A stretch of DNA of 64,000 nucleotides, taken from positions 1-64,000 of IMG/VR virus record IMGVR_UViG_3300023179_000086; one strand, 5' to 3'. The DNA is from a virus. The notes beneath the pieces are model-generated. The model made no database searches, had not been told where the DNA came from, and saw only the letters and a program-made list of their open reading frames with translations. This document shows, piece by piece, positions 1-10,233 of the stretch; position 1 is the first letter of the stretch, and each line of letters opens with the position of its first letter. The translations under genes were made by a program, and so were the position numbers.

Positions 1-73
1 TGGAACGTTGTCGTCGCCCCAGGCGATGGCGACGATAGCGCAAACCGTAATGATGTTATTATAACCTTATTGC

Positions 74-502
74 TTGAACATTAATATGCAACATTGGATG
101 ACATACGTTAAACATAGCTACGAGGTTATTTTAGCAGCCGAAGTAGCAGCGTGTGTCAACCTTGACCCTGAAATAGAAGCTTTCACAGTACATATGTTTG
201 CTAGACATATGGAAAACCCCCTGCTCAACAAAGAACCAATTGCAATAAAGTTGATGGAGGCTATGAGTATTGAAGGTGAGGCTAAAAAGATTACCTTGAC
301 AAAGATTGCAGAAGAATGTATACTCATAGATGGGTTGAAACTTAACAAAGCTAAATGGCCTTCATCCTCGTATTTTGTAGATATGGGGCAATTAGCACTA
401 GGGTATCGTACATATAGTGAACGTCCACCTGAAATGTTTTATGATCGTGTTGCAAGACAATTTAATACAATTTCACGAGTTATTGAGAACTGTCGATTAT
501 GA
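74..502 (+). CDS. hypothetical phage protein (true start possibly ATG 86 or 98)
   Basis: 142-aa ORF whose stop overlaps the next start (ATGA). Confidence 0.6.
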   Translation: MNINMQHWMTYVKHSYEVILAAEVAACVNLDPEIEAFTVHMFARHMENPLLNKEPIAIKLMEAMSIEGEAKKITLTKIAEECILIDGLKLNKAKWPSSSYFVDMGQLALGYRTYSERPPEMFYDRVARQFNTISRVIENCRL

Positions 503-1044
503 AATTATTTGAAATAGCAAATCCTAAACCATTTGTTTTTGTTGATATGGATGGTGTATTAGCAGATTTTGATCAAGCTATTGAAAAGTATGATGGTTTT
601 GACAAAGAAAGTAGAGTTAATAGTCTGCGTAAATTAGGACCACGTGGAGTTAAAGATTTTTTTGCTAGTATGTCACCATTACCTGATGGTATGAAGTTAA
701 TTGAATGGTTAAATGGTCATGATATTGAATGGCGAATTTTAAGTGCACCATTACGTAGTGATGGAGTTGACCCAAAAGATAGTCGCAAAGCAAGTGAAAT
801 AGGAAAAAAAGATTGGTTAGCTACTCATTTAGGATGGGAAGTTGCTAAAAAAGCTATATTTGAGCCTAACAAGTGGAAGTGGGCAAATTATGGTCATCAA
901 GCTGCTATCCTAATTGATGATACGCCTAAAAAAATAGATGCGTTTAATAGTGCAGGTGGTATTGGTATGTTATATACTAATTTAAATTCAGTACTACCTA
1001 AGTTAAAACAAATCTTTCACAGTAATATATCCAAAAAAGATTGA
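499..1044 (+). CDS. HAD-superfamily 5'(3')-deoxyribonucleotidase (NT5C-like)
   Basis: HAD motif I FVDMDGVLADF, motif II ILSAP, motif IV ILIDD; N-terminus MKLFEI resembles a capsid-targeting leader. Confidence 0.85.
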   Translation: MKLFEIANPKPFVFVDMDGVLADFDQAIEKYDGFDKESRVNSLRKLGPRGVKDFFASMSPLPDGMKLIEWLNGHDIEWRILSAPLRSDGVDPKDSRKASEIGKKDWLATHLGWEVAKKAIFEPNKWKWANYGHQAAILIDDTPKKIDAFNSAGGIGMLYTNLNSVLPKLKQIFHSNISKKD

Positions 1045-1093
1045 TTTTTTGCATTGTAGAGGTAAACTAAGTACTTTCTTAAAGGAGTATAGT

Positions 1094-1354
1094 ATGTCCA
1101 CTATTGTGTTTTCAGCAGAGCAGAAAGCAAAACTTACGCATTTGATAAATGAAGGATGCCAAGTAATGCATGAAATTGAAACAATGCAAGATGGGTTAAG
1201 TGACACCATTAAAGCAGTTGCTGAAGAAATGAATATTAAAGCAGCAGTATTAAAGAAAGCGATTCGTATTGCACATAAAGCAGAACTAGGTAAAGCAAGA
1301 CAAGACCATGAATTATTAGAAAATATTTTGGAAACAGTTGGGAAAACAATGTAA
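1094..1354 (+). CDS. dsDNA-binding protein, T4 DsbA-like
   Basis: SD AAGGAG before ATG 1094; ~86-aa helical protein with DsbA-like pattern (IKAVAEEMNIKAAVLKKAIRIAHK); lies just upstream of the polymerase. Confidence 0.6.
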   Translation: MSTIVFSAEQKAKLTHLINEGCQVMHEIETMQDGLSDTIKAVAEEMNIKAAVLKKAIRIAHKAELGKARQDHELLENILETVGKTM

Positions 1355-1357
1355 TTT

Positions 1358-4084
1358 ATGTCTTATGTTGACGCATTATTAGATCGTGAATCTGATATTA
1401 TACATATTGTAGAACGTGATAAAAAAGGTAAACGAATATATCAAGAATATAAAGCAAAATATCTTTTTTATTACACTGACCCTAAAGGGAAATATCGTAG
1501 TGTTTATGGCGATTCGTTGTCTAAAATTACCGCATCAAATAAATCAGAATTTTTAAAAGAATTACGTTTACATAAAGGTAAGTCACAAATTTTTGAAAGT
1601 GACATAAATCCTGTTTTTAGATGTTTATCAGATAATTACTTAGATATACCTCCACCAAGTTTACACGTATGCTTTTTTGATATTGAGGTAAACTTTGATC
1701 CTGATAAGGGTTTTGCTCCTACAGACGATCCTTTTAATGCAGTAAATTCGATATCATTGTATCTAGATTGGATGGATGCATTAATTACACTATGTATTCC
1801 GCCACCAAGTTATGTTGATGATCAAATAGAAGACATTGTAAATAAATTTGAAAATACTATAGTTTGTAAGAATGAAATTGAAATGTTCAATCTATTTTTT
1901 GAATTGATTGAAGATGCTGACGTGCTTACAGGTTGGAATAGTGGTGGTTATGATATACCATACATGGTTAATCGTGTTACACAAATTATGTCAAAAGATG
2001 ATACAAGACGATTTTGCTTGTTTAACCAATATCCAAAACAACGTGAATTTGTACAATTTGATCAAAAACAAGTAACTTATGATTTAATTGGTCGTGTTCA
2101 TATAGATTATCTTGAACTATATAAGAAGTATAATTATGAACAACGACATAGTTATAAGTTAGATTATATTGGTGAGATGGAAGTTGGTGAAAAGAAAACA
2201 GAATATGAAGGAACACTTGATCAATTATATAATAATGATTGGAAAACATTTCTTGAATACAATAGACAAGATACAATGCTATTGTATAAAATTCACGCAA
2301 AATTAAAATTTTTAGATTTAGCCAATAGTATTGCACATCAAAATACAGTACTTTTACCTACTGTAATGGGCAGTGTAGCAATGATAGAACAAGCTGTAAT
2401 TAATGAAGCACATCAACGTGGATTAATTATACCTGACAAACCACCACGAATAGAAGAAGATGAAAGTAAGGCTGCAGGTGCATACGTAGCATATCCTAAA
2501 AAGGGTATACATGAATGGATTGCTGCGGTAGATTTAAATTCACTTTATCCATCAACTATTCGAGCATTGAATATGGCACCTGAAACAATTGTAGGACAAT
2601 TACGTCAAACAATGACCGAAAAATATTTGTACGATAAAGGTCAAAAATTAGCAAGAGAAAAGAAAAAGAATCGTAAAATAGCTGAAGATGAAGAAGTTGA
2701 AGGAGAAGATGGTCCGATCTTGTGGGAAGGTTTATTTGGTACACTAGAATATACTGCAGTGATGAATCAAGAACGTGAAACAATGATTACTATTGATTGG
2801 GAGCGTGGTAAAAAATCTCAGGAATTTAGTGCAGCAGAAATACATAAATTAATTTTTGATAGCGGTAAGCCATGGATATTAAGTGCAAATGGTACTATTT
2901 TTTCTTATGAAAACGAAGGGATAATACCTGGGTTGTTAACGAGGTGGTATAATGAACGTAAACAAATCCAAAAACAATTAAAAGAAGCAAAAACACCTGA
3001 AGAAGCTGAATTTTTTGATAAAAGACAACTTGTAAGAAAAATTTTACTTAATTCAGCATATGGTGCATTATTAAATCAACATTGTCGCTTTTACGATAAG
3101 CGTATAGGTCAAAGCACAACACTAACAGGTAGACAAATTGTTAAACATATGAGTGCTACTTTAAATGAATTGATTGCAGGTGAATATAATCATACAGGTG
3201 AAGCAATTGTTTATGGAGATACTGATTCTTGTTATTTTAGTGGATGGCCTATTTGGAGTAAGGATAAAGATTTAAAAAAGAATTGGACAAAAGAATATGC
3301 TACTGAAATATATGATGAATTAGGTAACAACGTAAATCAGACATTTCCCTATTTTATGCATAATGCGTTTCATTGTCCACAAAAAAATGGATCAATTATT
3401 AAAGCAGGACGTGAATTAGTTGCAGATCGTGGTTTATTCATTACTAAAAAAAGATATGCAGTCAATATATATGATAAAGAAGGTAAACGATTAGACGTAA
3501 ATGGTAAGCTTGGAAAAATTAAAGCAATGGGTTTGGATTTAAAACGTGCAGATACACCAAAGTTTGTACAAGAATTTCTTTTTGGAATACTAGAAAATGT
3601 ATTATCAGGAGCAAACAAACAAGATATCATTGATGAAATTATTCAGTTTAAAAAAATTCTACGAGATATGCCAAGTTGGAAAAAGGGTAGTCCAAAAGCT
3701 GTGAACAAACTTACTATATACGAACAAAAAATGAAAAAAACCCCTGATACTAAAATCAACATGCCAGGCCACGTTCGTGCAAGTTTAAATTGGAATTTTT
3801 TAAAACACTTGAATAATGATAATTATAGTACTAAAATTACTAATGGTGCTAAAGTTATAGTGTGTAAACTAAAAAATAATCCATTGGGGTTTACTAGTAT
3901 TGCGTACCCTACAGATGAATTACGATTACCAAAATGGTTTACTGAATTGCCATTTGATGATAAAGAAATGGAATATATTTTAGTTGATAAAAAAATTGAT
4001 AATTTGTTAGGTGGTTTGGATTGGGACTTGGAACATAATACAAGTATTAGTACAGAATTTAATTCATTGTTTACATTTGAGTAG
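1358..4084 (+). CDS. family B DNA polymerase (gp43-like)
   Basis: Exonuclease motifs FDIE, GWNSGGYD, YNRQD; polymerase motifs DLNSLYPS, KILLNSAYG, YGDTDS, KKRY. Confidence 0.97.
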   Translation: MSYVDALLDRESDIIHIVERDKKGKRIYQEYKAKYLFYYTDPKGKYRSVYGDSLSKITASNKSEFLKELRLHKGKSQIFESDINPVFRCLSDNYLDIPPPSLHVCFFDIEVNFDPDKGFAPTDDPFNAVNSISLYLDWMDALITLCIPPPSYVDDQIEDIVNKFENTIVCKNEIEMFNLFFELIEDADVLTGWNSGGYDIPYMVNRVTQIMSKDDTRRFCLFNQYPKQREFVQFDQKQVTYDLIGRVHIDYLELYKKYNYEQRHSYKLDYIGEMEVGEKKTEYEGTLDQLYNNDWKTFLEYNRQDTMLLYKIHAKLKFLDLANSIAHQNTVLLPTVMGSVAMIEQAVINEAHQRGLIIPDKPPRIEEDESKAAGAYVAYPKKGIHEWIAAVDLNSLYPSTIRALNMAPETIVGQLRQTMTEKYLYDKGQKLAREKKKNRKIAEDEEVEGEDGPILWEGLFGTLEYTAVMNQERETMITIDWERGKKSQEFSAAEIHKLIFDSGKPWILSANGTIFSYENEGIIPGLLTRWYNERKQIQKQLKEAKTPEEAEFFDKRQLVRKILLNSAYGALLNQHCRFYDKRIGQSTTLTGRQIVKHMSATLNELIAGEYNHTGEAIVYGDTDSCYFSGWPIWSKDKDLKKNWTKEYATEIYDELGNNVNQTFPYFMHNAFHCPQKNGSIIKAGRELVADRGLFITKKRYAVNIYDKEGKRLDVNGKLGKIKAMGLDLKRADTPKFVQEFLFGILENVLSGANKQDIIDEIIQFKKILRDMPSWKKGSPKAVNKLTIYEQKMKKTPDTKINMPGHVRASLNWNFLKHLNNDNYSTKITNGAKVIVCKLKNNPLGFTSIAYPTDELRLPKWFTELPFDDKEMEYILVDKKIDNLLGGLDWDLEHNTSISTEFNSLFTFE

Positions 4085-4142
4085 ACATCTTATTTTATTG
4101 TATATGTATAAAAACACTATATAATACTTCAAAGGATATTTT

Positions 4143-4862
4143 ATGAGAGATTATTTACTAGATTTAATACAACATACCTGTTCATTGGGTTTTATTGATT
4201 TGATTAAAGTTACAGGAACTGATACTTCTACTACAATTAATGCTATAGCAGAAGATAATACAGTGATTGTTCAAGGCGTATTTCATGAACCCGATCCCGA
4301 ATTCAAAGGTATTTTTGGTATGCCAAATTTACCAAAACTTAAAACAATACTTAAATTTGAAGATTATAATAAAGATGCATTTATTCAAATGATTAGGGAT
4401 AAAGACGGTACACCTAATTCTATTCATTTTCAAACACATAATAATGATTTTGTTAATGATTATAGATTAATGTCGGAAATTATTGTCAAAGAAAGAGTAA
4501 AGGCTGTTAAATTTGCAGGTGCAATATGGAATATTCAATTTGCACCTAAACTTGCAAATATTCAACGATTTAAGCGTCAAATGCAAGCTAACAGTGAAGA
4601 AACAAATTTTACATTAAAACAAGATGGAAATGATTTAAAAGTTTATATGGGTAGCGTTGTAACACATAGCGGTAATTTTGTATTTGAGTCTAGCTTAAAT
4701 GGTAACATTAAACAATCTTGGCAATGGCCTATTAAACAATTCATTAGTATAATGGATTTACCAGGGCAGAAAGTGGTTCATATTAGTGATTCTCCTGCAA
4801 TGCGTATTACTGTAGATAGTGGTCTTGCAAATTATGAATATATGTTACCTGCCCAATCATGA
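4143..4862 (+). CDS. DNA polymerase sliding clamp (gp45-like)
   Basis: 239 aa, beta-rich two-domain clamp-like pattern, immediately downstream of the polymerase. Confidence 0.65.
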   Translation: MRDYLLDLIQHTCSLGFIDLIKVTGTDTSTTINAIAEDNTVIVQGVFHEPDPEFKGIFGMPNLPKLKTILKFEDYNKDAFIQMIRDKDGTPNSIHFQTHNNDFVNDYRLMSEIIVKERVKAVKFAGAIWNIQFAPKLANIQRFKRQMQANSEETNFTLKQDGNDLKVYMGSVVTHSGNFVFESSLNGNIKQSWQWPIKQFISIMDLPGQKVVHISDSPAMRITVDSGLANYEYMLPAQS

Positions 4863-4915
4863 ATGAAAGATAAGCTTGATATTATTAGAATTAGTAAAAG
4901 ACCATAGGAAATAAT

Positions 4916-5302
4916 ATGTATACTGAACAAAGAAAACAAATGTTGGCTGAACGAAACGAGCGTGTTATGCATGAAAGTTTAGTTTATCTAAAAAAGAAAT
5001 ATACATTGACAAATTATCAAATTGAAGTTAAAGTAGAATCACTTGATGGAAATTTTAATGATATTTCCGTTATTGATAATGCAATTAAAAATTTAGATGG
5101 ATTTGGCCTCTACTCCTCTTTCGTCATGCAAGAATGTGATAATAGTTTAATTTTTTGCCAAAAAATTTGTGATGCACTGTTTTTAGCATTGGCAGAGCAT
5201 TTTGCAGATAGTGATATTGAAATCACTACACAAGAACGCAGTGGAGCTGCAATCACTGTACATTATCGTAGTAGAAAACCTAGCTTAACAATAAAAATTT
5301 AA
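4916..5302 (+). CDS. hypothetical protein, possibly a degenerate QueD/T-fold-like protein
   Basis: C-terminal half (CQKICDALF...IEITTQE) resembles a QueD-like fold, but no metal-binding His cluster is visible. Confidence 0.35.
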   Translation: MYTEQRKQMLAERNERVMHESLVYLKKKYTLTNYQIEVKVESLDGNFNDISVIDNAIKNLDGFGLYSSFVMQECDNSLIFCQKICDALFLALAEHFADSDIEITTQERSGAAITVHYRSRKPSLTIKI

Positions 5303-5315
5303 GGATTTATTATAT

Positions 5316-5543
5316 ATGAGTAAAGCAATTAAAGGTCGTAGCGTTTTTGGAACTAATGAACCAATCTTTGAACAACTTGAGAACTATCTTTCTTTTTGTA
5401 GAGATTATGGTTATCGTTTTGATGAGCGTGATCTTACTAATATGCGTAGTTATGCTTTCCAACAATACCAAAAATTTCAAAAAAATAAACCATGTAAAAA
5501 TATGTGGGAAGAAGATTTGAAAAAAATGGAATCAGATTATTAA
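5316..5543 (+). CDS. hypothetical phage protein
   Basis: 75-aa ORF with SD AAGGA. Confidence 0.65.
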   Translation: MSKAIKGRSVFGTNEPIFEQLENYLSFCRDYGYRFDERDLTNMRSYAFQQYQKFQKNKPCKNMWEEDLKKMESDY

Positions 5544-5550
5544 AAATAAT

Positions 5551-5585
5551 TAATCCCCTATTCTAAATAATAGTCTAGGGGATTA
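5551..5585 (+). promoter_or_regulatory. RBS-sequestering hairpin with a late promoter (TAAATA) in its loop
   Basis: Perfect 10-bp stem TAATCCCCTA/TAGGGGATTA; the 3' arm holds the GGGG SD of ATG 5588; TAAATA at 5564-5569. Confidence 0.65.
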
Positions 5586-5587
5586 TT

Positions 5588-6067
5588 ATGATATTTAATC
5601 GGATCAAGGAATTAAAAAATAGTGGTTTAAAAATTGGTATTACCTGTAGCCAATTTGATTTATTACATGCAGGTCATATAGCAATGTTATCTGAAGCTAA
5701 ACAACATTGTGATTACTTAATAGCAGCACTACAAACTGATGCTAATTTAGATAGACCTAATAAAAATTCACCTGTACAAACTATTGTTGAAAGACAAATT
5801 CAACTAAGTGCGTGTAGATTTGTGGATGAAATTGTTGTTTATCAAACAGAAAAAGACTTAGAAGATATATTACTTACTTTACCAATTGATATTCGTATTC
5901 TTGGTATTGAATACATTGATAAAGAATTTACAGGTAAAAGTATTTGTGAACAACGTGGTATTGAATTAATTTACAATAGTAGAGACCATAGTTTTAGTTC
6001 AAGTAGTTTACGAAAACGTGTAGTAGAATCTGAAAATCGTAAGTTTACTGTTACTGAAAAGTGGTAG
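5588..6067 (+). CDS. cytidylyltransferase (TagD/glycerol-3-phosphate cytidylyltransferase-like)
   Basis: FDLLHAGH (HxGH) motif, ER...LSACRFVDE, and C-terminal SSSSLR. Confidence 0.9.
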   Translation: MIFNRIKELKNSGLKIGITCSQFDLLHAGHIAMLSEAKQHCDYLIAALQTDANLDRPNKNSPVQTIVERQIQLSACRFVDEIVVYQTEKDLEDILLTLPIDIRILGIEYIDKEFTGKSICEQRGIELIYNSRDHSFSSSSLRKRVVESENRKFTVTEKW

Positions 6068-6078
6068 AAATACAACAA

Positions 6079-6107
6079 TTGACTGATTTTAATGATTCTG
6101 ATATACT
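6079..6107 (+). promoter_or_regulatory. sigma70-type early promoter
   Basis: TTGACT-N17-TATACT. Confidence 0.7.
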
Positions 6108-6131
6108 AATTTTTCAATCTAAGGAGTATAC

Positions 6132-6338
6132 ATGAAATATATTATTGACAGACCCGATTTTAAGATGTTTATGACTATTAGTGATAGTATTGCACCTAGT
6201 GACATGAAGTCTGTGGAATTTACACGTGAATTATGGGATGTAGAAAAAAATACGTGTATAATGACAAGTACTTTTGAATTATTTGTTCCACGTAAGAAAT
6301 TAAACGAAATTGCCGCACAACTTATTGAGAATGCCTAA
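6132..6338 (+). CDS. hypothetical protein
   Basis: SD AAGGAG; 68 aa. Confidence 0.7.
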   Translation: MKYIIDRPDFKMFMTISDSIAPSDMKSVEFTRELWDVEKNTCIMTSTFELFVPRKKLNEIAAQLIENA

Positions 6339-6340
6339 TT

Positions 6341-7384
6341 ATGCGTAGACTAGGATTTGCTTGTAAATGGATTGATCGTGCAGATCAAGTTGATGGTATC
6401 AAACCAACCGATGACTGTAAGAAATACAATACAGGCACTACGACACGAACTTGGTTAAATAAACAAGTACGTAGTGTTGCTGAAGATAAGCTTTGGGATT
6501 TAATGAAGGGTAATATCGAAGCAACACGTATGCTAGTTAAACGTGTAGGAGAATTAGATGAAAATCTTAGGATGGTGCGTCTTAGTAGTGATATCCTTCC
6601 TGTATACACTGAACCATCATGGAGTTATTTCTATCAACAACCCGATGTTGTTCGATATCTTGAACGGCATTTTGCAGTTATTGGTGATTATGCTAGAGAA
6701 AACTGTGTACGTGTTAGTATGCACCCTGGTCAGTTTTGTGTTCTTGCTAGCGATAATCCCGAAATCGTGGAGAATTCATTAAAGGAGTTTGAATATCATG
6801 CGGATATGGCCCGTTACATGGGGTTTGGAAAAAGCTTTCAGGACTTTAAAATCAACATCCACCTTGCGGGTAAACAAGGTGCCGAAGGTTTCAGACGTGC
6901 GTATGCAAGACTCTCCCCCGAATCCCGCAGTTGTATTACACTTGAAAACGAAGAAATAACCTATGGACTTGATGATTGCCTTCAACTTAGTGATGTTGTT
7001 CCTATTGTTCTCGACATACATCACCATTGGTGTAAAACGGGAGAGTATATCGAAATCAATGATAACCGCATCGACCGTGTTATTGATAGTTGGCGTGGTG
7101 TGCGCCCTGTCATCCATTACTCTGTCAGTCGTGAAGATGTATTAACTAATCATGACATAAATACTTTTCCTAACTTTAATTTGCTTATGGAAAGTGGTCA
7201 CAAGAAACAAGAACTACGAGCACATAGTGATTTTTATTGGAATAATGCTGTTAATCGTTGGGCAATGTCGCATTGGGTTTGGGCAGATATTATGTGTGAA
7301 TCCAAAGCAAAAAACCTTGCTAGTTTTAAACTATATGAACAATATAAGCAAAATAGTATGATTATTGAGACAAATTATGTTTGA
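6341..7384 (+). CDS. uvsE: UV-damage endonuclease (UvsE/UVDE)
   Basis: RLGFAC, RLSSDILP, SMHPGQF, NIH, LENEE, LDIHHH, HYS, RAHSD, MCESKAK motifs. Confidence 0.93.
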   Translation: MRRLGFACKWIDRADQVDGIKPTDDCKKYNTGTTTRTWLNKQVRSVAEDKLWDLMKGNIEATRMLVKRVGELDENLRMVRLSSDILPVYTEPSWSYFYQQPDVVRYLERHFAVIGDYARENCVRVSMHPGQFCVLASDNPEIVENSLKEFEYHADMARYMGFGKSFQDFKINIHLAGKQGAEGFRRAYARLSPESRSCITLENEEITYGLDDCLQLSDVVPIVLDIHHHWCKTGEYIEINDNRIDRVIDSWRGVRPVIHYSVSREDVLTNHDINTFPNFNLLMESGHKKQELRAHSDFYWNNAVNRWAMSHWVWADIMCESKAKNLASFKLYEQYKQNSMIIETNYV

Positions 7385-7808
7385 TAAATTCATTAAAATA
7401 TTTAAACAACCTAAGGAAATACCTAAGGTTGAAAAAACATCTAAACCTAAAGTAAAGCGTGATCGGAAGAAAAAAGAAGAAATTTTGTCCCCAAAAGAAT
7501 TAGCAACTAAAAACAATGAACCTTATGTTGCTATTACAAAAGTAGATATTGATCCTGAAAATATAAATGCGGGTAGTTTTGAGCTTGACTATAACGATAA
7601 GTTTGTGGTAAATTTGATCAAATCAGGATATAAAATAAAACCTGAAGATACTGATAATCAAATTGTTGATCGTTGGTTTCAAACAGTATGTCGTAATATT
7701 GCTTTAGAACTGTATGAGCAACAAAATGCAGACCCTTTTAATCGTGAAAATGATTTACGTATAGTAAGAACAAAGGATATTGGAAATGGAAGATCAGAAA
7801 TCAGTTAA
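7377..7808 (+). CDS. hypothetical phage protein
   Basis: ORF coupled to neighbours; no recognisable motif. Confidence 0.65.
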   Translation: MFDKFIKIFKQPKEIPKVEKTSKPKVKRDRKKKEEILSPKELATKNNEPYVAITKVDIDPENINAGSFELDYNDKFVVNLIKSGYKIKPEDTDNQIVDRWFQTVCRNIALELYEQQNADPFNRENDLRIVRTKDIGNGRSEIS

Positions 7809-8829
7809 GTATATTATTATTGATACCGCTAATCTTTTTTTTAAATCTAAGTATATTGCAAGTCGTAGTCAATCTGACAGTGAACGTGTAGGTATGGCAT
7901 TACACCTTACCTTACAAAGTGCACATACTATGGTGAGGAAATTTTCTCAAAAATCACCTGTTCATATTGTATTTGCGTTAGAAGGTCGTAGTTGGCGCAA
8001 ACAATTTTATGAACCATATAAACGTAATCGGGTTGTTAAAGAAGCAGCTAAGACTGAGAATGAACTACAACTTGATATATTATTCAATGAGACCTATAAT
8101 TCTTTTATTACATTTTTACGAGAAAAGACAAATGTATCGGTAATTCGTTGCGATATTGCTGAAGCTGATGATGTTATCGCACGTTTTGTTCAATTACATC
8201 CTACTAACGATCATGTTATTATTAGTAGTGATACAGACTTTGATCAATTGATTGCACCCAACGTACAACGATATAATAGTTTAGCTAATCAATTAATTAC
8301 CATTAATGGTTACTTTGATGAAAATGGTAAAAAAATTATTGACAATAAAACTAAAGAACATAAGAAGATTGATGATCCACAATTTATTTTGTTTGAAAAA
8401 TGTATGAGAGGTGATAGTACTGATAATATCTTTAGCGCATACCCAGGAATTCGTAAAAAATCTACTAAAAAAACTATAGGACTAATTGAGGCATTTGCTG
8501 ATCGTAATAATAAGGGGTTTAATTGGAATAATGTAATGATGCAACAGTGGGTTGATCATAATGGTGCTGAGCATAAGGTTAAAGAAGATTATGAGCGTAA
8601 TCGTGTATTGATTGATTTAACTATGCAACCACAATCTATTAAGGATCAAGTTGACGCAGTAATTATGGAAGCTGCCAATCGTGTTCCTGTAGGACAGGTT
8701 GGTACTGAATTTATGAGATTTTGTGGTAAAAACCAATTACTTAAAATTGCAGAACAATCATCTTATTATATAGAATGGTTGAAACAGTCCTATAAAGGTC
8801 CATTACTTAATACATTAAAGGTTGCATAA
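7780..8829 (+). CDS. 5'-3' exonuclease / flap endonuclease (T4 RNase H-like)
   Basis: IIDTAN, SWRK..Y..YK.NR, EADDVIA, SSDTDF, GDSTDNI motifs. Confidence 0.9.
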   Translation: MEMEDQKSVKYIIIDTANLFFKSKYIASRSQSDSERVGMALHLTLQSAHTMVRKFSQKSPVHIVFALEGRSWRKQFYEPYKRNRVVKEAAKTENELQLDILFNETYNSFITFLREKTNVSVIRCDIAEADDVIARFVQLHPTNDHVIISSDTDFDQLIAPNVQRYNSLANQLITINGYFDENGKKIIDNKTKEHKKIDDPQFILFEKCMRGDSTDNIFSAYPGIRKKSTKKTIGLIEAFADRNNKGFNWNNVMMQQWVDHNGAEHKVKEDYERNRVLIDLTMQPQSIKDQVDAVIMEAANRVPVGQVGTEFMRFCGKNQLLKIAEQSSYYIEWLKQSYKGPLLNTLKVA

Positions 8830-9458
8830 TGTGGGACTTAGATAAAATTTTTGATTCAATTACCGCACCTGAAGGTACAAATTCTTTGAGTGCTAAAGAA
8901 ATTAATTATGCTTTAGTTCATCGTAATGATATAAATGTAGTTAAAATGATTGATCCTACTGCTGATGGACCATGGATTGCAGGTGGGGCGTGTTTAAAAT
9001 GGTTCGATAATTCTCCAATTGGTGATGCTGATATTGATATATTTTGTGCTAACAAAAATCAAGCATCAATTCTTATTGACAAATTGCATTCAAAACTACA
9101 GCAAGTTTATAAAACTGAAAATGCTACTACTTTCCGTGAATACAAAGGTAGTAAAACTTGGAATATACAGGTCATTACAAAGAATTATTATTCTTCTTTA
9201 GAAGAAGTTGTTAATAGTTTTGACATTACAGTTTGTGAAATTGGAACAGATGGTGACCGTTGGATACTTGGCAACCAATTTGCAAAGGATTTTCATTCTA
9301 AAACATTACGTATGAAGTATCCCTTACAAGATAGTTCAGTTAAACGGTTGCTAAAATATTGGGTATATGGTTATCGACCTGTTGATGGATTGATAGAAGA
9401 TATAATTAATAATCCTCAAAGTCGTTGGAAATTTAATCCTGAGGAGGATTATTCGTAA
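8829..9458 (+). CDS. nucleotidyltransferase (pol-beta superfamily)
   Basis: IAGGA...DADIDIF and FDITVC motifs. Confidence 0.75.
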   Translation: MWDLDKIFDSITAPEGTNSLSAKEINYALVHRNDINVVKMIDPTADGPWIAGGACLKWFDNSPIGDADIDIFCANKNQASILIDKLHSKLQQVYKTENATTFREYKGSKTWNIQVITKNYYSSLEEVVNSFDITVCEIGTDGDRWILGNQFAKDFHSKTLRMKYPLQDSSVKRLLKYWVYGYRPVDGLIEDIINNPQSRWKFNPEEDYS

Positions 9459-9841
9459 TGAGAGAAGAATATACATGGAGTTTAGTAGACCCAAAACCAA
9501 TATTAGTTTACTTAGAACATTATGATGCTTATATTGTTTATTGGAATGGTATTGTCATGACGCACAATCAAGCATTATGCTTAGCGATGGAAATAAGTTG
9601 TGGTAATTATATTACACCTGAAATGAAGAAAAAATTGCAAGAGAATTTTCTTAAATTGTACTATAGTAATGCTTTTGGAAGAAGGGATTGGGATGATATT
9701 ATAGAATGTTATAGTTATTCTTATGATTTTCAAAAGAAAAAATTAATTGAGCATGTCAAAAGCCTAATTAAAGATATGTTACCAAGTGATGTTTTATCAT
9801 GGTTTGATTATAAAAATGCAAGATCAAGTAAGGTTGTTTAA
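9458..9841 (+). CDS. hypothetical protein
   Basis: 127-aa ORF coupled by TAATG. Confidence 0.65.
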   Translation: MREEYTWSLVDPKPILVYLEHYDAYIVYWNGIVMTHNQALCLAMEISCGNYITPEMKKKLQENFLKLYYSNAFGRRDWDDIIECYSYSYDFQKKKLIEHVKSLIKDMLPSDVLSWFDYKNARSSKVV

Positions 9842-9861
9842 TTACAACATCAAAATAATGC

Positions 9862-9890
9862 TTGACACATAGTTTGATTTTACCTATAAT
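9862..9890 (+). promoter_or_regulatory. sigma70 consensus early promoter
   Basis: Perfect TTGACA-N17-TATAAT. Confidence 0.85.
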
Positions 9891-9920
9891 ACATATATGG
9901 TGATTAACAAGGAGATTGAG

Positions 9921-10232
9921 ATGGAACTACGAATTGGTGACACGATTTCTTGGGTTTCTGCTGCAGGTGATCTAGTTGGTAAAATCAGCAATGTTTACAT
10001 TGCATTGTCAGCAGCAGATAAAATGACTCCTTGGATTACAGTAGAGCGTTCAGGTATGAGTGGAGTAACATTCTGCGCATCTGATGCGTATTTGAAAATG
10101 TTGAAAGTTACAAAAGTAACCGAGCCTGAAATGAAAACGGTCACGAGTTATATGACAGGTGAAAAGGTTGAAATTCCTGCGGACACGCCATGGTGTTGCA
10201 ACCCTGCTAGCGAAACATATTGGAGCATGTGA
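9921..10232 (+). CDS. hypothetical early protein
   Basis: SD AAGGAGA before ATG 9921. Confidence 0.7.
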   Translation: MELRIGDTISWVSAAGDLVGKISNVYIALSAADKMTPWITVERSGMSGVTFCASDAYLKMLKVTKVTEPEMKTVTSYMTGEKVEIPADTPWCCNPASETYWSM

Positions 10233-10233
10233 A

